Source: Pseudidiomarina andamanensis
GTDB lineage: Bacteria; Pseudomonadota; Gammaproteobacteria; Enterobacterales; Alteromonadaceae
Length of the DNA stretch: 32,000 nt
Assembly (NCBI RefSeq): GCF_009734345.1
Contig: NZ_CP032551.1
Coordinates: 390,001 to 422,000, forward strand
Reading direction: 5' to 3'
In this document: positions 17,565 through 27,188 of the stretch, piece by piece
Position numbering within the stretch: the first letter of the stretch is position 1
Layout of the letters: each line of letters starts with the position of its first letter
Translations under genes and position numbers: made by a program
The notes under the pieces: model-generated
The model's database searches: none
Told to the model about the DNA's origin: nothing
What the model saw: the letters and a program-made list of their open reading frames with translations, nothing else

Positions 17565-18339
17565 CAAACTGCGTGAGTTCATGGATGAGTTGGCTCTCAT
17601 CGTTTTGGTACTGTTCAATAATTTTCACAATAGCTGAGCCACAAATCGCGCCAGCGGCACCTGCGTTTAATGCAGCTTGAACGTGCTCAGGCTTAGCGAT
17701 ACCAAAACCCAGCAACGGCGGTGCGCTGTGATTGTTCCGTAATTGCTCGATGACAGCGCTGGCTGGTGCTTGCATTTGTGTTTCAGCACCAGTGACACCT
17801 GCGCGACTTAGCAAGTAAACATAGCCTTCGCTATGCTTCGCAACATTCACCAACGTTTGCTCAGACGCATCGGGTGGCGCGATATAGATAGGCGCCACAT
17901 CATGCCGCTTTGCGGCTTCCGCAAACTTCAAGCCTTCACGTACTGGAACATCGGCGATGAGCACTGAATCGACACCGGCGTCTGCGCAGCGTTGATAAAA
18001 TGATTCGGTGCCTTTACTCACCACAAGGTTTGCGTAAACCAATAAGCCAATCGGTAGTTCTGGGTAAAGCGCGCGAACTTGCTTGATGATATCAAACGCG
18101 TCAGCGATGCGGGTTCCGGCGGCAAGGGCGCGGATATTCGCCATTTGAATGGTCGGGCCGTCAGCGACAGGATCAGAAAACGGTAACCCCAACTCAAGTG
18201 CATCGGCGCCGCCTTCAACGAGGGCCGTAATCACTTTGAGGCTTAATTCTGGTGTCGGGTCGCCTAAGGTTACAAAAGGAACAAATGCGCCTTGTTGCTT
18301 CGATGCTAACTGCTCAAACATGTGTTGATAACGATTCAT
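17530..18339 (-). CDS. trpA: Tryptophan synthase alpha chain
   Basis: 269 aa. Motifs are …[21 protein letters not shown]… and …GFGI…. The 4-nt start overlaps the trpB stop. Confidence 0.97.
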   Translation of the reverse strand: MNRYQHMFEQLASKQQGAFVPFVTLGDPTPELSLKVITALVEGGADALELGLPFSDPVADGPTIQMANIRALAAGTRIADAFDIIKQVRALYPELPIGLLVYANLVVSKGTESFYQRCADAGVDSVLIADVPVREGLKFAEAAKRHDVAPIYIAPPDASEQTLVNVAKHSEGYVYLLSRAGVTGAETQMQAPASAVIEQLRNNHSAPPLLGFGIAKPEHVQAALNAGAAGAICGSAIVKIIEQYQNDESQLIHELTQFVKTMKAATSNA

Positions 18340-19541
18340 GCTTGCTCTCCTTGTTGGAAAATGCGGCGTACATGGTCAATATCTTTATCGCCACGACCAG
18401 AGAGGTTAATTAATAACACCTTTGGCGCATCAGGTTCGGCCGCACGGCGCAGGGCATAGGCGAGCGCATGAGCTGATTCAAGCGCTGGGATAATCCCTTC
18501 ATGCTGCGCAAGTATTTGAAATGCATCCAGTGCCTCTTGGTCGGTGACCGATTCATAACGTGCACGTCCAATCTCCCGCAAATAGGCATGTTGTGGACCC
18601 ACGCCGGGATAATCGAGACCAGCTGAGACTGAATAGCTTTCTTCAATTTGACCTTCGTCAGTTTGCATCAGAAACGATCGGCAACCATGTAAAATGCCCG
18701 GTTTTCCAGCGGTCAGCGTGGCGCCGTGATGCGGCGTTTCAACGCCTTTGCCGGCCGGTTCCACACCCACTAATGCGACATTTGGTTCGTCGATAAACTC
18801 AGCAAACATACCAATCGCATTCGAGCCACCGCCAACACAGGCAATAACCTCATCAGGGAGGCGACCAATGCGATCTAACATTTGTGCTTTTGCTTCGGCT
18901 CCAATCATCCGGTGAAATTCACGCACAATGGTTGGGAATGGATGCGGGCCGGCCGCAGTTCCGAGCAAATAGTGAGTCGTGCTATAACTTGCGGTCCAGT
19001 CGCGCATGGCTTCGTTTACAGCATCTTTTAAAGTACCGCTACCGGTATCAACTGGCACTACTTTGGCACCCATGAGCTCCATCCGAAACACATTTGGTTG
19101 TTGGCGCGCAACGTCTTTAGCGCCCATGTAAATAATGCACTCGAGATCTAACAACGCACACGCAAGCGCTGTTGCCGTACCGTGCTGACCGGCACCAGTT
19201 TCAGCAATGATACGTTTTTTGCCCATCCGTTTTGCCAGAAGGGCTTGGCCAAGTACTTGGTTTGTTTTGTGCGCACCACCGTGCAGCAAATCTTCGCGTT
19301 TCAGATAAATTTGGGTGCCATTGGGCGAATGCAACGGCAGGTTGCGACAAAGTGAAACTGGAGTTGGCCGACCTAGATAATTTTTTAATAGATCAGCGAA
19401 TTCAGCCTGAAATTCTGGGTCTTGCTGAGCATCGATGAATGCTTGTTCGAGCTGATCCAAGGCCGGTAATAAAATTTCAGGCACAAACTGGCCACCAAAG
19501 TCGCCAAAATAGGCGGATAATTTCTCGGTTGATTGGGTCAT
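18336..19541 (-). CDS. trpB: Tryptophan synthase beta chain
   Basis: 401 aa with …[12 protein letters not shown]… (the PLP lysine) and …[10 protein letters not shown]…. Confidence 0.98.
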   Translation of the reverse strand: MTQSTEKLSAYFGDFGGQFVPEILLPALDQLEQAFIDAQQDPEFQAEFADLLKNYLGRPTPVSLCRNLPLHSPNGTQIYLKREDLLHGGAHKTNQVLGQALLAKRMGKKRIIAETGAGQHGTATALACALLDLECIIYMGAKDVARQQPNVFRMELMGAKVVPVDTGSGTLKDAVNEAMRDWTASYSTTHYLLGTAAGPHPFPTIVREFHRMIGAEAKAQMLDRIGRLPDEVIACVGGGSNAIGMFAEFIDEPNVALVGVEPAGKGVETPHHGATLTAGKPGILHGCRSFLMQTDEGQIEESYSVSAGLDYPGVGPQHAYLREIGRARYESVTDQEALDAFQILAQHEGIIPALESAHALAYALRRAAEPDAPKVLLINLSGRGDKDIDHVRRIFQQGEQA

Positions 19542-20950
19542 GATACTGCCTCCTGATCCGGCGGGATCTGGTTATCTGATTTACCGTATGTTCGAATATG
19601 TTCAAAAAATTTCGTGATTTTGCCCGCGTCTTTGCGCCCTTTGGCATACTCAACGCCAGAGTTAACATCAAGTTGCTGAATACCGGTCGCTTGCGCTTCG
19701 CTTAAGTTGGTGAGGCTCAACCCGCCAGCCAATATACACTGACTGAGTTGTTGCTTGCTTAAGCCTTTTAATAACGACCAATCGAAAGGCTGCCCGCTAC
19801 CGCCAAAGCGATTGTCGAGTAAAAACGCGTCCACTTCGAGTTGTGGCAAAATGAGCGGCTCATCGACGCCAATGGCTTTCCAAATTTTGGTATTTGGCAA
19901 CGCTTTATGTAGCTCGCTGATGTAATCAATGTCTTCCTGACCATGCAACTGCACAATGGCGAGTTCAAGTGTTTGCGCTATTTCGATAACGGTAGCGAGC
20001 GGTTGATCGGCAAATACGCCAACGAAGCTTAATCGAGGCTCAGCCTGCACAATCGCCTGTGCTTGCTTCAAGCTGACATATCGCGGTGAGTGCTCAACAA
20101 AAATGAGCCCGCCAAACGCCGCACCAGCTGCACGAACGACGGTTGCATCGGCCGGTTCAGTTAAGCCGCAAACCTTATGCTTCCCGTAAATTAGTTCGCG
20201 ACAAGCTTGATCCACATTGTCGCATTGCGACAACGCACTTCCAATAAGAAATCCATCAACATGGGCTGCTGCTTGTTGAACTTGCGCATGGTTCGAATAC
20301 CCTGATTCAGCCACAACTAAAACGCCCTCTGGTATGCGCTGACTCATATCAATACTGCGCTGCGTATCGATGGTTAAGTCATGCAAATTCCGGTTGTTAA
20401 TGCCGATGATTTTTGCGTTTAACGCTAATGCGCGTGTGAGTTCTTCGTCGGTCGCTACTTCGGTGAGCACATCAAGCTGCAACTGCGCGGCGAGCTCTGC
20501 TAATTGGTGGTATTCGTCATCAGTTAACACGGACAACATTAATAAAATGGCATCGGCGCCAAAGTGGCGAGCCAAAATAACTTGCTCTGGCATCACAATG
20601 AAGTCTTTGCAAAGCACGGGTTGCGGCACGGCCGCCGCGACAGCCGCTAAATAGCGGTAATCGCCTTGAAAGTAATCGGGCTCAGTGAGTACCGAAATCG
20701 CATCGGCGTAACGACTATAGGTTTGCGCCAAGCTCACCGGGTTAAAGTTCGGGCGAATCAAGCCTTTCGACGGCGACGCTTTTTTGCATTCAAGAATGAA
20801 GCTCGCTCGAGGCTGCGCCAGTGCTTGGTATAAACTGCGTTGGCTTGGTGCCAACTGCTTTTCTACTGACGCGATATCCAGTTGCGCCAAGAACGCTTGC
20901 ACCGAGCTGCGGCGAGTTTCTACAATTTCGTTAAGTATTGAGCTAGCCAC
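19538..20950 (-). CDS. trpC: Bifunctional indole-3-glycerol-phosphate synthase / phosphoribosylanthranilate isomerase
   Basis: 470 aa. The N-terminal IGPS region (…[10 protein letters not shown]…) and the C-terminal PRAI region (…KVCGLT…) form a fused TrpC(F), as in many gammaproteobacteria. Confidence 0.95.
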   Translation of the reverse strand: MASSILNEIVETRRSSVQAFLAQLDIASVEKQLAPSQRSLYQALAQPRASFILECKKASPSKGLIRPNFNPVSLAQTYSRYADAISVLTEPDYFQGDYRYLAAVAAAVPQPVLCKDFIVMPEQVILARHFGADAILLMLSVLTDDEYHQLAELAAQLQLDVLTEVATDEELTRALALNAKIIGINNRNLHDLTIDTQRSIDMSQRIPEGVLVVAESGYSNHAQVQQAAAHVDGFLIGSALSQCDNVDQACRELIYGKHKVCGLTEPADATVVRAAGAAFGGLIFVEHSPRYVSLKQAQAIVQAEPRLSFVGVFADQPLATVIEIAQTLELAIVQLHGQEDIDYISELHKALPNTKIWKAIGVDEPLILPQLEVDAFLLDNRFGGSGQPFDWSLLKGLSKQQLSQCILAGGLSLTNLSEAQATGIQQLDVNSGVEYAKGRKDAGKITKFFEHIRTYGKSDNQIPPDQEAVS

Positions 20951-21947
20951 GATTAAACTCCTGAAGCTTCTCTAAGTGCACTAACGCGGCGCCGGATGCG
21001 AGATGCGCTTGTACTGCTGCGGTTGCCTGTTTTAAGTCATTATACTGGTCTGTCACATAGAGCATGGCTGCAACGGTGACGGCAACGGCATTGGTTTGTG
21101 CTGGTGTTGCTGCCCCCGCTAACACCTGCTTGAGTAGCTGCGCATTATAATCCGCGTCGCCGCCCACTAGCTCAGCCACTTGGGCTGGCTGTACACCAAA
21201 ATCAGTCGAATTGAGTGTATATTCGGTGAGTTCACCGTCGCGCAACTCAACCACATGGGTCGAACCATGCAAGGCAATTTCGTCAAGCCCCGAACCATGA
21301 ACTACCATGGCACGTTGACAACCTAATAATTTCAAGGTCTCAGCCATTGGTCGGCACCAGCTTGGATCATACACTCCCAGTACTTGTGCATCAGGGCGTG
21401 CTGGGTTGACTAACGGCCCGAGTAAGTTGAACAAGGTGCGCGTTTTCAGTGTTTGTCGAGTTGGCATCGCATAGCGAATACCAGGGTGATAATGTGGTGC
21501 AAATAGAAAACAAAAGTTAAACGTATCAAGTTGTCGCTCAGCGACTTCCGGGTCTTGTGTGACCGATAAGCCGAGACTTTCAAGCACATCAGCTGAGCCT
21601 GAGCGTGATGACACGCTACGGTTACCATGCTTAGCAACCGCTAAACCCATACTGGCGGCCACTAACGCTGCGGTGGTCGAAATATTCATGGTATTACTAC
21701 CGTCGCCACCCGTACCACAGCTATCAATGACGGCTCGGGTAGGGCGCTTAAAAGGCTTCGCAGCGCGACGTAATGCTTGTGCTGCACCAGCCATTTCTTC
21801 TGGCTGTTCGCCACGCAGTTTCATTGCCGTTAGCGCTGCGGTGATTTGGATGTCATTGAGCTCGCCTTTAACCAAATGATCAAACAGTTTCTCTGCCTGT
21901 TGTAGGGTTAAGGGCTCGCCGTTGAGTAATGAATTTAGTGCCTGCAT
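20943..21947 (-). CDS. trpD: Anthranilate phosphoribosyltransferase
   Basis: 334 aa with …DSCGTGGDGSNT… and …KHGNRSVSS…. Confidence 0.96.
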   Translation of the reverse strand: MQALNSLLNGEPLTLQQAEKLFDHLVKGELNDIQITAALTAMKLRGEQPEEMAGAAQALRRAAKPFKRPTRAVIDSCGTGGDGSNTMNISTTAALVAASMGLAVAKHGNRSVSSRSGSADVLESLGLSVTQDPEVAERQLDTFNFCFLFAPHYHPGIRYAMPTRQTLKTRTLFNLLGPLVNPARPDAQVLGVYDPSWCRPMAETLKLLGCQRAMVVHGSGLDEIALHGSTHVVELRDGELTEYTLNSTDFGVQPAQVAELVGGDADYNAQLLKQVLAGAATPAQTNAVAVTVAAMLYVTDQYNDLKQATAAVQAHLASGAALVHLEKLQEFNRG

Positions 21948-21949
21948 GA

Positions 21950-22591
21950 TTAACTCCCGTGCGGCTCAAATCGGTATTGTTGAAATAAATAGGCAACGGT
22001 TTGCGCCAATAGCTGCGTACCGCGGCTGGTCAAAATAGATTCCGGATGAAATTGAAAGCCAATCGCCTGAAACTCAGGAAATTCTGCCGCCATTGGAATC
22101 GCACCGGTTGCTGCAAGCACTTGAATGGAGTCGGGCAACTTGTAACCACACAATGAATGATAGCGAGCCACGGTTAATGGATTATCCAATTGTTCAAATA
22201 TGCAATGGTGGCGTGTTTCGATCAGTGCTTTTTTGCCATGCACAATGTCTGGGCAGCGGTCGACTTCACCACCAGCAGCATGGATGAGTGCCTGAAAGCC
22301 AAGGCAAATGCCGAGCATCGGGAAGTGGCCTTGTGCGGCTTTAATTAACGCAAGCAGGTTGCCGGAATGCGCAGGATGCCCGGGGCCAGGCGACAAACAT
22401 AAGAGCTGACGCCCCGAATAGTCACGCATGGTCGCAATGAGCTGCTGGGCATCGATATCGTTGCGGTAAACCACTAATGGGTAGCCGAGCTGGCGCAATT
22501 CATCAACGAGGTTATAGCTGAATGAATCGAAGTTATCGAGCATTACAATGCGATCAGGAGCCGCGGTAGTGGGTGTTTGATTAGCGAGCAT
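21950..22591 (-). CDS. trpG: Anthranilate synthase component II (glutamine amidotransferase)
   Basis: 213 aa with a class-I GATase catalytic Cys in …GICLGFQAL… and His/Glu in …FQFHPES…. It is separate from trpD. Confidence 0.95.
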   Translation of the reverse strand: MLANQTPTTAAPDRIVMLDNFDSFSYNLVDELRQLGYPLVVYRNDIDAQQLIATMRDYSGRQLLCLSPGPGHPAHSGNLLALIKAAQGHFPMLGICLGFQALIHAAGGEVDRCPDIVHGKKALIETRHHCIFEQLDNPLTVARYHSLCGYKLPDSIQVLAATGAIPMAAEFPEFQAIGFQFHPESILTSRGTQLLAQTVAYLFQQYRFEPHGS

Positions 22592-24197
22592 CCGCTGCCT
22601 CCTGAATACGTTTGTTGGCGTTACGTACGGCTTCTATCACCGCGCGTGCTTTGTTTTCGGTTTCTGCGACTTCTGCCGCGGGATCGGAGTCATGTACCAC
22701 ACCAGCGCCAGCTTGAATGGTTGCTAAACCATCTTTGACAAAGGCTGAGCGAATCACAATGCAGGTATCCATATCACCCGCACCATTCACATAGCCGACA
22801 GCACCGCCGTAACTACCACGACGTTGTTGCTCAACCTGACGAATCAAGGTGGCGGCGCTAATTTTAGGGGCGCCAACTAAGGTGCCCATATTCATGCAGG
22901 CGCGATACGCATGGAGTGCATCTAAATCGTCCGCTAATTGCGCAACCACGCGTGAAACTAAGTGCATGACATGGGAATACCGATCAACTTGAAGTAAGTC
23001 AGCAACATAGCGGGTACCAGGCTCGGCAATGCGAGCTAGATCGTTGCGTGCGAGATCAACCAACATCATGTGTTCAGAGAGTTCTTTTTGATCTAAGCGC
23101 AATTCAAGTTCTAAACGACTATCTAAATCGGCATGAATGGTGCCATCGGCATTTTTACCGCGCGGTCGGGTACCAGCTATTGGATACAATTCCACTTGAT
23201 TGGTTGCCGCAGTGTACTTAAGTGCCGATTCAGGCGATGCACCGAATAGTTCGAAGCTGTCCGTACGGAGGTAAAACATATATGGCGATGGATTGGCTTT
23301 TTTGAGCTCTGCGTAAGCTAGCAGACTATCACTGCACGGTAGCTGAAAGCGCCGCGACGGCACCACTTGAAAGATATCGCCAGCACTGATGTGCTCTTTC
23401 AGCTGCAGCACTTGTTGTGCAAACTCTTTAGCTGAAGGTGTTGCCTTTAGGGTGTCATCAACCGATTCGGTTTTGCTTGAAGTTTGCATCGATGGAAATT
23501 GGCAAAGAGCAGCAATTTGTCCGACTTGTGCGGCTATGTCCGCATAATATTCGGCACTCTTTGGTCCGCTGATAAGGCTCGCGAGTAGCTCGGTTGTTTG
23601 CTGTTGGTGGTCAATAACGAGCAAGGTTTCCGCGAGGTAGAATTGATAATCTGGGCAGCTATTGTCAGCGGTTTCAACGTTAGGTAGTTGCTCAAACGTC
23701 GCCACATAATCATAAGCAAACACGCCGCCGATAAAAATCGCCATGGCATGCGGGGCGCCAAGTTGCGCTTTGGTTTGAAGTTGTTGCTGAACAATTCGCA
23801 AGGGCTCGATATTGCTGGGCGCGCGTAAACGAGAGTCTTCGTCCGCGGTCGCTTTAGTTTGCTTGAACTGACACAGCAACTGCTGGTTGGATGCCGTCAC
23901 TTCGCAAACATCACTACCCAGTTCGCTAAGCTGCTGCGCTAACCATGGCAAAAGGGCTGTGCCGTTGTTGGTGAGGGCGTCGATAGTGACAGCTTGACCC
24001 TGACAAGTAAATTGAACAGCAGCATTGACCATCAGCAAACTTTTAAGATTCTGGCGCGATTGAATTTCGGCAGAATCGAGCAACAAACTTGGCTGCTGCG
24101 CTGAGCAGAGCCTTTCGTAAAGGGCAAGCGTATCGGCTTGATAGGGCAGCTTCATGCGTAAACTCGTCAGGAAGCCAGGTTGTTCAATAATATTCAC
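22581..24197 (-). CDS. trpE: Anthranilate synthase component I
   Basis: 538 aa with a GTG start. It is collinear by eye with E. coli TrpE from the N-terminus (…LLLDSAEI…KSLL…) through …GTRPRG…, …LVDLARNDL… and …GAPK…. Confidence 0.97.
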   Translation of the reverse strand: MNIIEQPGFLTSLRMKLPYQADTLALYERLCSAQQPSLLLDSAEIQSRQNLKSLLMVNAAVQFTCQGQAVTIDALTNNGTALLPWLAQQLSELGSDVCEVTASNQQLLCQFKQTKATADEDSRLRAPSNIEPLRIVQQQLQTKAQLGAPHAMAIFIGGVFAYDYVATFEQLPNVETADNSCPDYQFYLAETLLVIDHQQQTTELLASLISGPKSAEYYADIAAQVGQIAALCQFPSMQTSSKTESVDDTLKATPSAKEFAQQVLQLKEHISAGDIFQVVPSRRFQLPCSDSLLAYAELKKANPSPYMFYLRTDSFELFGASPESALKYTAATNQVELYPIAGTRPRGKNADGTIHADLDSRLELELRLDQKELSEHMMLVDLARNDLARIAEPGTRYVADLLQVDRYSHVMHLVSRVVAQLADDLDALHAYRACMNMGTLVGAPKISAATLIRQVEQQRRGSYGGAVGYVNGAGDMDTCIVIRSAFVKDGLATIQAGAGVVHDSDPAAEVAETENKARAVIEAVRNANKRIQEAADAR

Positions 24198-24292
24198 GCT
24201 ACGGTACTCTATGTTGTTGAGTGTTTGTCGATAATTTTTGGTTGTTCAAAGTTGTATAACTTTCTTTTACCGCTTGATATCGATAAGCGTGC

Positions 24293-24322
24293 ATAAAAAA
24301 ACCCGCTTATCGAAGCGGGTTT
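24293..24322 (-). terminator. trp attenuator (3:4) terminator
   Basis: The minus strand reads AAACCCGCTTCGATAAGCGGGTTTTTTTATG, a perfect 7-bp GC-rich stem followed by T7. It lies 38 nt after the leader-peptide stop. An upstream AGCGGG (just after the stop) can pair with CCCGCT as an antiterminator. Confidence 0.85.
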
Positions 24323-24360
24323 GTAGCAAACGTGATAAACACGCACAGATACATCGCCCG

Positions 24361-24414
24361 CTAGTTCGGGAAATGCCACCACCAGTTTTTACGTAGTTGT
24401 GATTGCTGTGACAT
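24361..24414 (-). CDS. trpL: trp operon leader peptide (17 aa: MSQQSQLRKNWWWHFPN)
   Basis: The minus strand reads ATG TCA CAG CAA TCA CAA CTA CGT AAA AAC TGG TGG TGG CAT TTC CCG AAC TAG. Three consecutive Trp codons lie directly upstream of the attenuator and trpE. The ORF is not in the supplied track because it is shorter than 60 aa. Confidence 0.85.
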   Translation of the reverse strand: MSQQSQLRKNWWWHFPN

Positions 24415-24478
24415 CGTTAACACGATTGCTTCCTTTATTCTTTAAGCTATTTCACTAGCTTGTCTAATTGATGGGTTG

Positions 24479-24507
24479 AATGTATCGCGATTAAAAAGTG
24501 ATGTCAA
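24479..24507 (-). promoter_or_regulatory. trp operon promoter
   Basis: The minus strand reads TTGACA (24507-24502), a 17-bp spacer, TACATT (24484-24479). It lies 22 nt downstream of the smpB stop and about 65 nt upstream of trpL. Confidence 0.6.
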
Positions 24508-24528
24508 CGCAGAATTGACGGATACCAT

Positions 24529-25008
24529 TTAACGCACGTTGTGCTTCATGATTCGTGCTTTCTGGCGTTGCCAATCACGTTCTTTAATGGTGTCGCGTTT
24601 ATCGTGTGACTTTTTACCTTTGGCTAAATAAATTTCCAATTTAACCAAATGCTTTTTCCAATACATGGCGGTGGCAACAATCGCATAGCCTTCGCGTTCA
24701 CTGGCACCGATGAGTTTGTCGAGCTCGCGTTGCTTCAATAACAGCTTACGGGTACGTTCAGGATCGCACACCACATGGCTTGACGCCGAAATAAGCGGTT
24801 GAATTTGCGCACCCAATAAATACGCTTCGCCATTTTTAATGATGACGTAGGTGTCACTGATGTTGACCTTGCCGGCACGAATACTTTTGACTTCCCAACC
24901 TTGCAGGGCTAGGCCGGCCTCAAATTTATCTTCGAGGAAATATTCATGGCGCGCTTTTTTGTTTAGCGCGATGGTGTTGGAATTTTGATTTTTTTTAGTT
25001 TTGCTCAT
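24529..25008 (-). CDS. smpB: SsrA-binding protein
   Basis: 159 aa with …[14 protein letters not shown]…GWEVKS…YLLG… and a basic C-terminal tail. Confidence 0.97.
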   Translation of the reverse strand: MSKTKKNQNSNTIALNKKARHEYFLEDKFEAGLALQGWEVKSIRAGKVNISDTYVIIKNGEAYLLGAQIQPLISASSHVVCDPERTRKLLLKQRELDKLIGASEREGYAIVATAMYWKKHLVKLEIYLAKGKKSHDKRDTIKERDWQRQKARIMKHNVR

Positions 25009-25148
25009 GCCTTGTATTATACCGATGGTATGAAAAATTAAAATTTGTTTTATTGCAAAATCACGGGTTTATTTGCTCAATTTGAGAGGGTGATTCAGCG
25101 TATGAAATGCGCTATCATGCGCATCATTTTAACCAAACGAGGACTGCG

Positions 25149-25586
25149 ATGCCGACGATTGAACGGAGTGCTTTAGTACCATACAGCGATGCGCAAATGT
25201 ACGCATTGGTGAATGATATCGATCGTTATCCGGAGTTTGTGCCTGGCTGCCGCAGCGCGTCGGTGCTGGAAAGCGATGAGCAAAATAAAGTCGCCCGTCT
25301 CGATATTTCCAAAGCCGGTATTAGCAAATCGTTCACGACACGTAATACGCTGGTGCCGTTTGAACGTATTGATATGGAGCTTGTAGACGGGCCATTTCAG
25401 TATTTGCGTGGTGGCTGGAGCTTCCATAAGCTTGATGAGCAGGCCTGCAAAATTGTATTAAAGCTTGAATTTGAATTTGCGAATCGATTGCTCGGTATGG
25501 CATTTGGTAAAATCTTTAATGAGTTACAAAGTCGCATGGTTGATGCGTTTGTACAACGTGCACAGCATGAGTATGGGACTAAATAA
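25149..25586 (+). CDS. ratA: SRPBCC/START-fold protein, RatA (YfjG)-like
   Basis: The ORF track begins at 25107. I prefer the ATG at 25149 (MPTIERSALVPYSDAQMY…), preceded by GAGGA, which matches the E. coli RatA N-terminus from memory. It is divergent from smpB, as in E. coli. Confidence 0.85.
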   Translation: MPTIERSALVPYSDAQMYALVNDIDRYPEFVPGCRSASVLESDEQNKVARLDISKAGISKSFTTRNTLVPFERIDMELVDGPFQYLRGGWSFHKLDEQACKIVLKLEFEFANRLLGMAFGKIFNELQSRMVDAFVQRAQHEYGTK

Positions 25587-25589
25587 ACG

Positions 25590-25961
25590 ATGGCACCGCA
25601 ACAAATTCAAATAGAAGTAGCGTACGCAACGCCTGAACGTCAACAAATTATTCCGCTGCGAGTTCCGGCTGGGACATCGGTTGAAGAGGCGATTGAGCGT
25701 TCGCAAATAAAGCAATACTTCCCAGAAATTGATCTCTCGGAACAAAAGGTTGGTATCTGGAGTAAAGCGGTTAAGCTAGATCATGAATTACGTGAAGGTG
25801 ACCGTATCGAAATTTACCGTCCGTTGATTGCTGATCCGAAAGCGGTGAGACGTCGTCGCGCTGATCAAGCGAAAGACGAAGGGCGTGCCGATCCGGTTAC
25901 CGGTGGTCGTCGACGTCGACGCCAAGATGAATCAGCTGACTCAGCTGAGGAGAACGAATAA
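25590..25961 (+). CDS. rnfH: RnfH (YfjF/RatB) family ubiquitin-fold protein with an Arg/acidic C-terminal tail
   Basis: 123 aa with the core …IEVAYA.PE.Q…GD RIEIYRPLIADPK…. It is immediately downstream of ratA. Confidence 0.85.
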   Translation: MAPQQIQIEVAYATPERQQIIPLRVPAGTSVEEAIERSQIKQYFPEIDLSEQKVGIWSKAVKLDHELREGDRIEIYRPLIADPKAVRRRRADQAKDEGRADPVTGGRRRRRQDESADSAEENE

Positions 25962-25964
25962 GTC

Positions 25965-26456
25965 GTGGCTGTTACCCTGTTTATCATGCGCCATGGTGAT
26001 GCTGAACCAGCGCAAGCGTTAAAAGCTGATGCCATTCGCCCGCTAAGTACACTTGGCGAAAGTGAGGTGGTGGCGAGCGCTAATTGGCTCAAAGAATACA
26101 TGCAAGAACAGGGAACTCAGTTCGAGTGGTTATTGGCTAGCCCATTTATTCGTGCTCAGCAAACGGCAACGATTGTTGAATCGATTGCACCTGCAAGTCA
26201 TCGCGATGTTGCCGATGACGCTATTCCCGAAAGTGACCCACAGGAATTCTGTGATTGGTTTTTTGCGATGTTGCAAAGCCGCTACCCGAACGCTGAAACT
26301 ATTGTGTTGGTCTCGCATATGCCGTTTGTGAGCTATCTTGTGGCGACGCTTGATAAGAAAACACCGCCGTTGTTGTTTCCGACGGCGGGGATGGCGGAGT
26401 TGAAGTTGGATGTGGCGATGCAGCGCGCCGATTTCATCCGCATGATCGTCCCTTAA
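25965..26456 (+). CDS. sixA: Phosphohistidine phosphatase SixA
   Basis: 163 aa with a GTG start. It has the RHG motif (LFIMRHGDA) and a downstream His (VSHMP). Confidence 0.85.
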   Translation: MAVTLFIMRHGDAEPAQALKADAIRPLSTLGESEVVASANWLKEYMQEQGTQFEWLLASPFIRAQQTATIVESIAPASHRDVADDAIPESDPQEFCDWFFAMLQSRYPNAETIVLVSHMPFVSYLVATLDKKTPPLLFPTAGMAELKLDVAMQRADFIRMIVP

Positions 26457-26592
26457 AAACCGTTATTCGTTATTGGTTATTCGTTAGTCGTGGAGAAAGC
26501 TCGCTGTAGGATTATGTGCGAAGTTTGCTCACTTTTGTTTGCGATGTTTTTGGTTTTTCGTTGGTTGCTTTTTCGAATAACGATTAACGAAT
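26457..26592. repeat. Heptad-palindrome intergenic element, copy D
   Basis: It begins 4 nt after the sixA stop (AAAACCGTTATTCGTTATTGGTTATTCGTTAG; the 20-mer core is at 26468-26487). The centre is G/T-rich (TTTTTGGTTTTTCGTTGG). The right arm CGAATAACGATTAACGAATG contains the smrB stop. Confidence 0.7.
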
Positions 26593-27087
26593 GAGGATGA
26601 GGAGGGCGGCGTTGCCTCCGTGGGCCGCAGGCGCCTGATGAAACGCTCGCACCGCCGGGTGCTGTACCAACCAATGCGGTAAATTCTCTTTTAAAATCCC
26701 CTTCCCGTGACCACTCATAATTGAACAACAATCAACATTCTGTTTGGTACAGGCGTGCAATAACGCGGCTATTTCGCGCTTGGCTTCGGCTTGGGTCATA
26801 CCGTGTAGATCAAGAAATAATTCAGGTGGGAAGTCGCCACGGCGCAGTTGCTTGAGTACGTGCGATGATTCACCTTCAGCGCAATAGCGCACTGGGCCTT
26901 CGGGGAAGTGGGCTCGGAAGGTGTCAGAAAAGAAAAACTCTGCCTGTTGTTGACGTTCGGGGGTATTCGAGCCTGTACGTTTGATGATCCGTTGAGGGCG
27001 CGGTGCTGGAACGGTTTCGCTGCGAATACGGCGATCAACCTTTACTTGTTCGCGAAACAACGCGAAATCGTCTGAATCGTCACTCAT
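26584..27087 (-). CDS. smrB: Smr-domain endonuclease SmrB
   Basis: The ORF track starts at a TTG (27111). I prefer the ATG at 27087 (MSDDSDDFALFREQ…). The Smr domain is …LDLHGMTQAEA…HGKG…. The last codons ATT CGT TAA lie in repeat D. Confidence 0.85.
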   Translation of the reverse strand: MSDDSDDFALFREQVKVDRRIRSETVPAPRPQRIIKRTGSNTPERQQQAEFFFSDTFRAHFPEGPVRYCAEGESSHVLKQLRRGDFPPELFLDLHGMTQAEAKREIAALLHACTKQNVDCCSIMSGHGKGILKENLPHWLVQHPAVRAFHQAPAAHGGNAALLILIR

Positions 27088-27188
27088 AACCACTCGTTTT
27101 ATGCTTATCAACGTGCATCTTTGGATGCGAAATTAGTGCTATTAGGGTATCTTATGGCAAAGAACAGAACAACTTCGGAGAACCTACC

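Noticed and set aside
24198-24528. Search for the tmRNA gene (ssrA) downstream of smpB
   Set aside because: The interval is too short. It is fully occupied by the trp promoter, leader and attenuator, and it contains no tag-peptide-like reading frame or tRNA-like acceptor end.
26477-26731. ORF-track entry 26477-26731 (-, 84 aa)
   Set aside because: It overlaps repeat copy D and the 3' end of smrB in another frame, and it has no start context or family resemblance.
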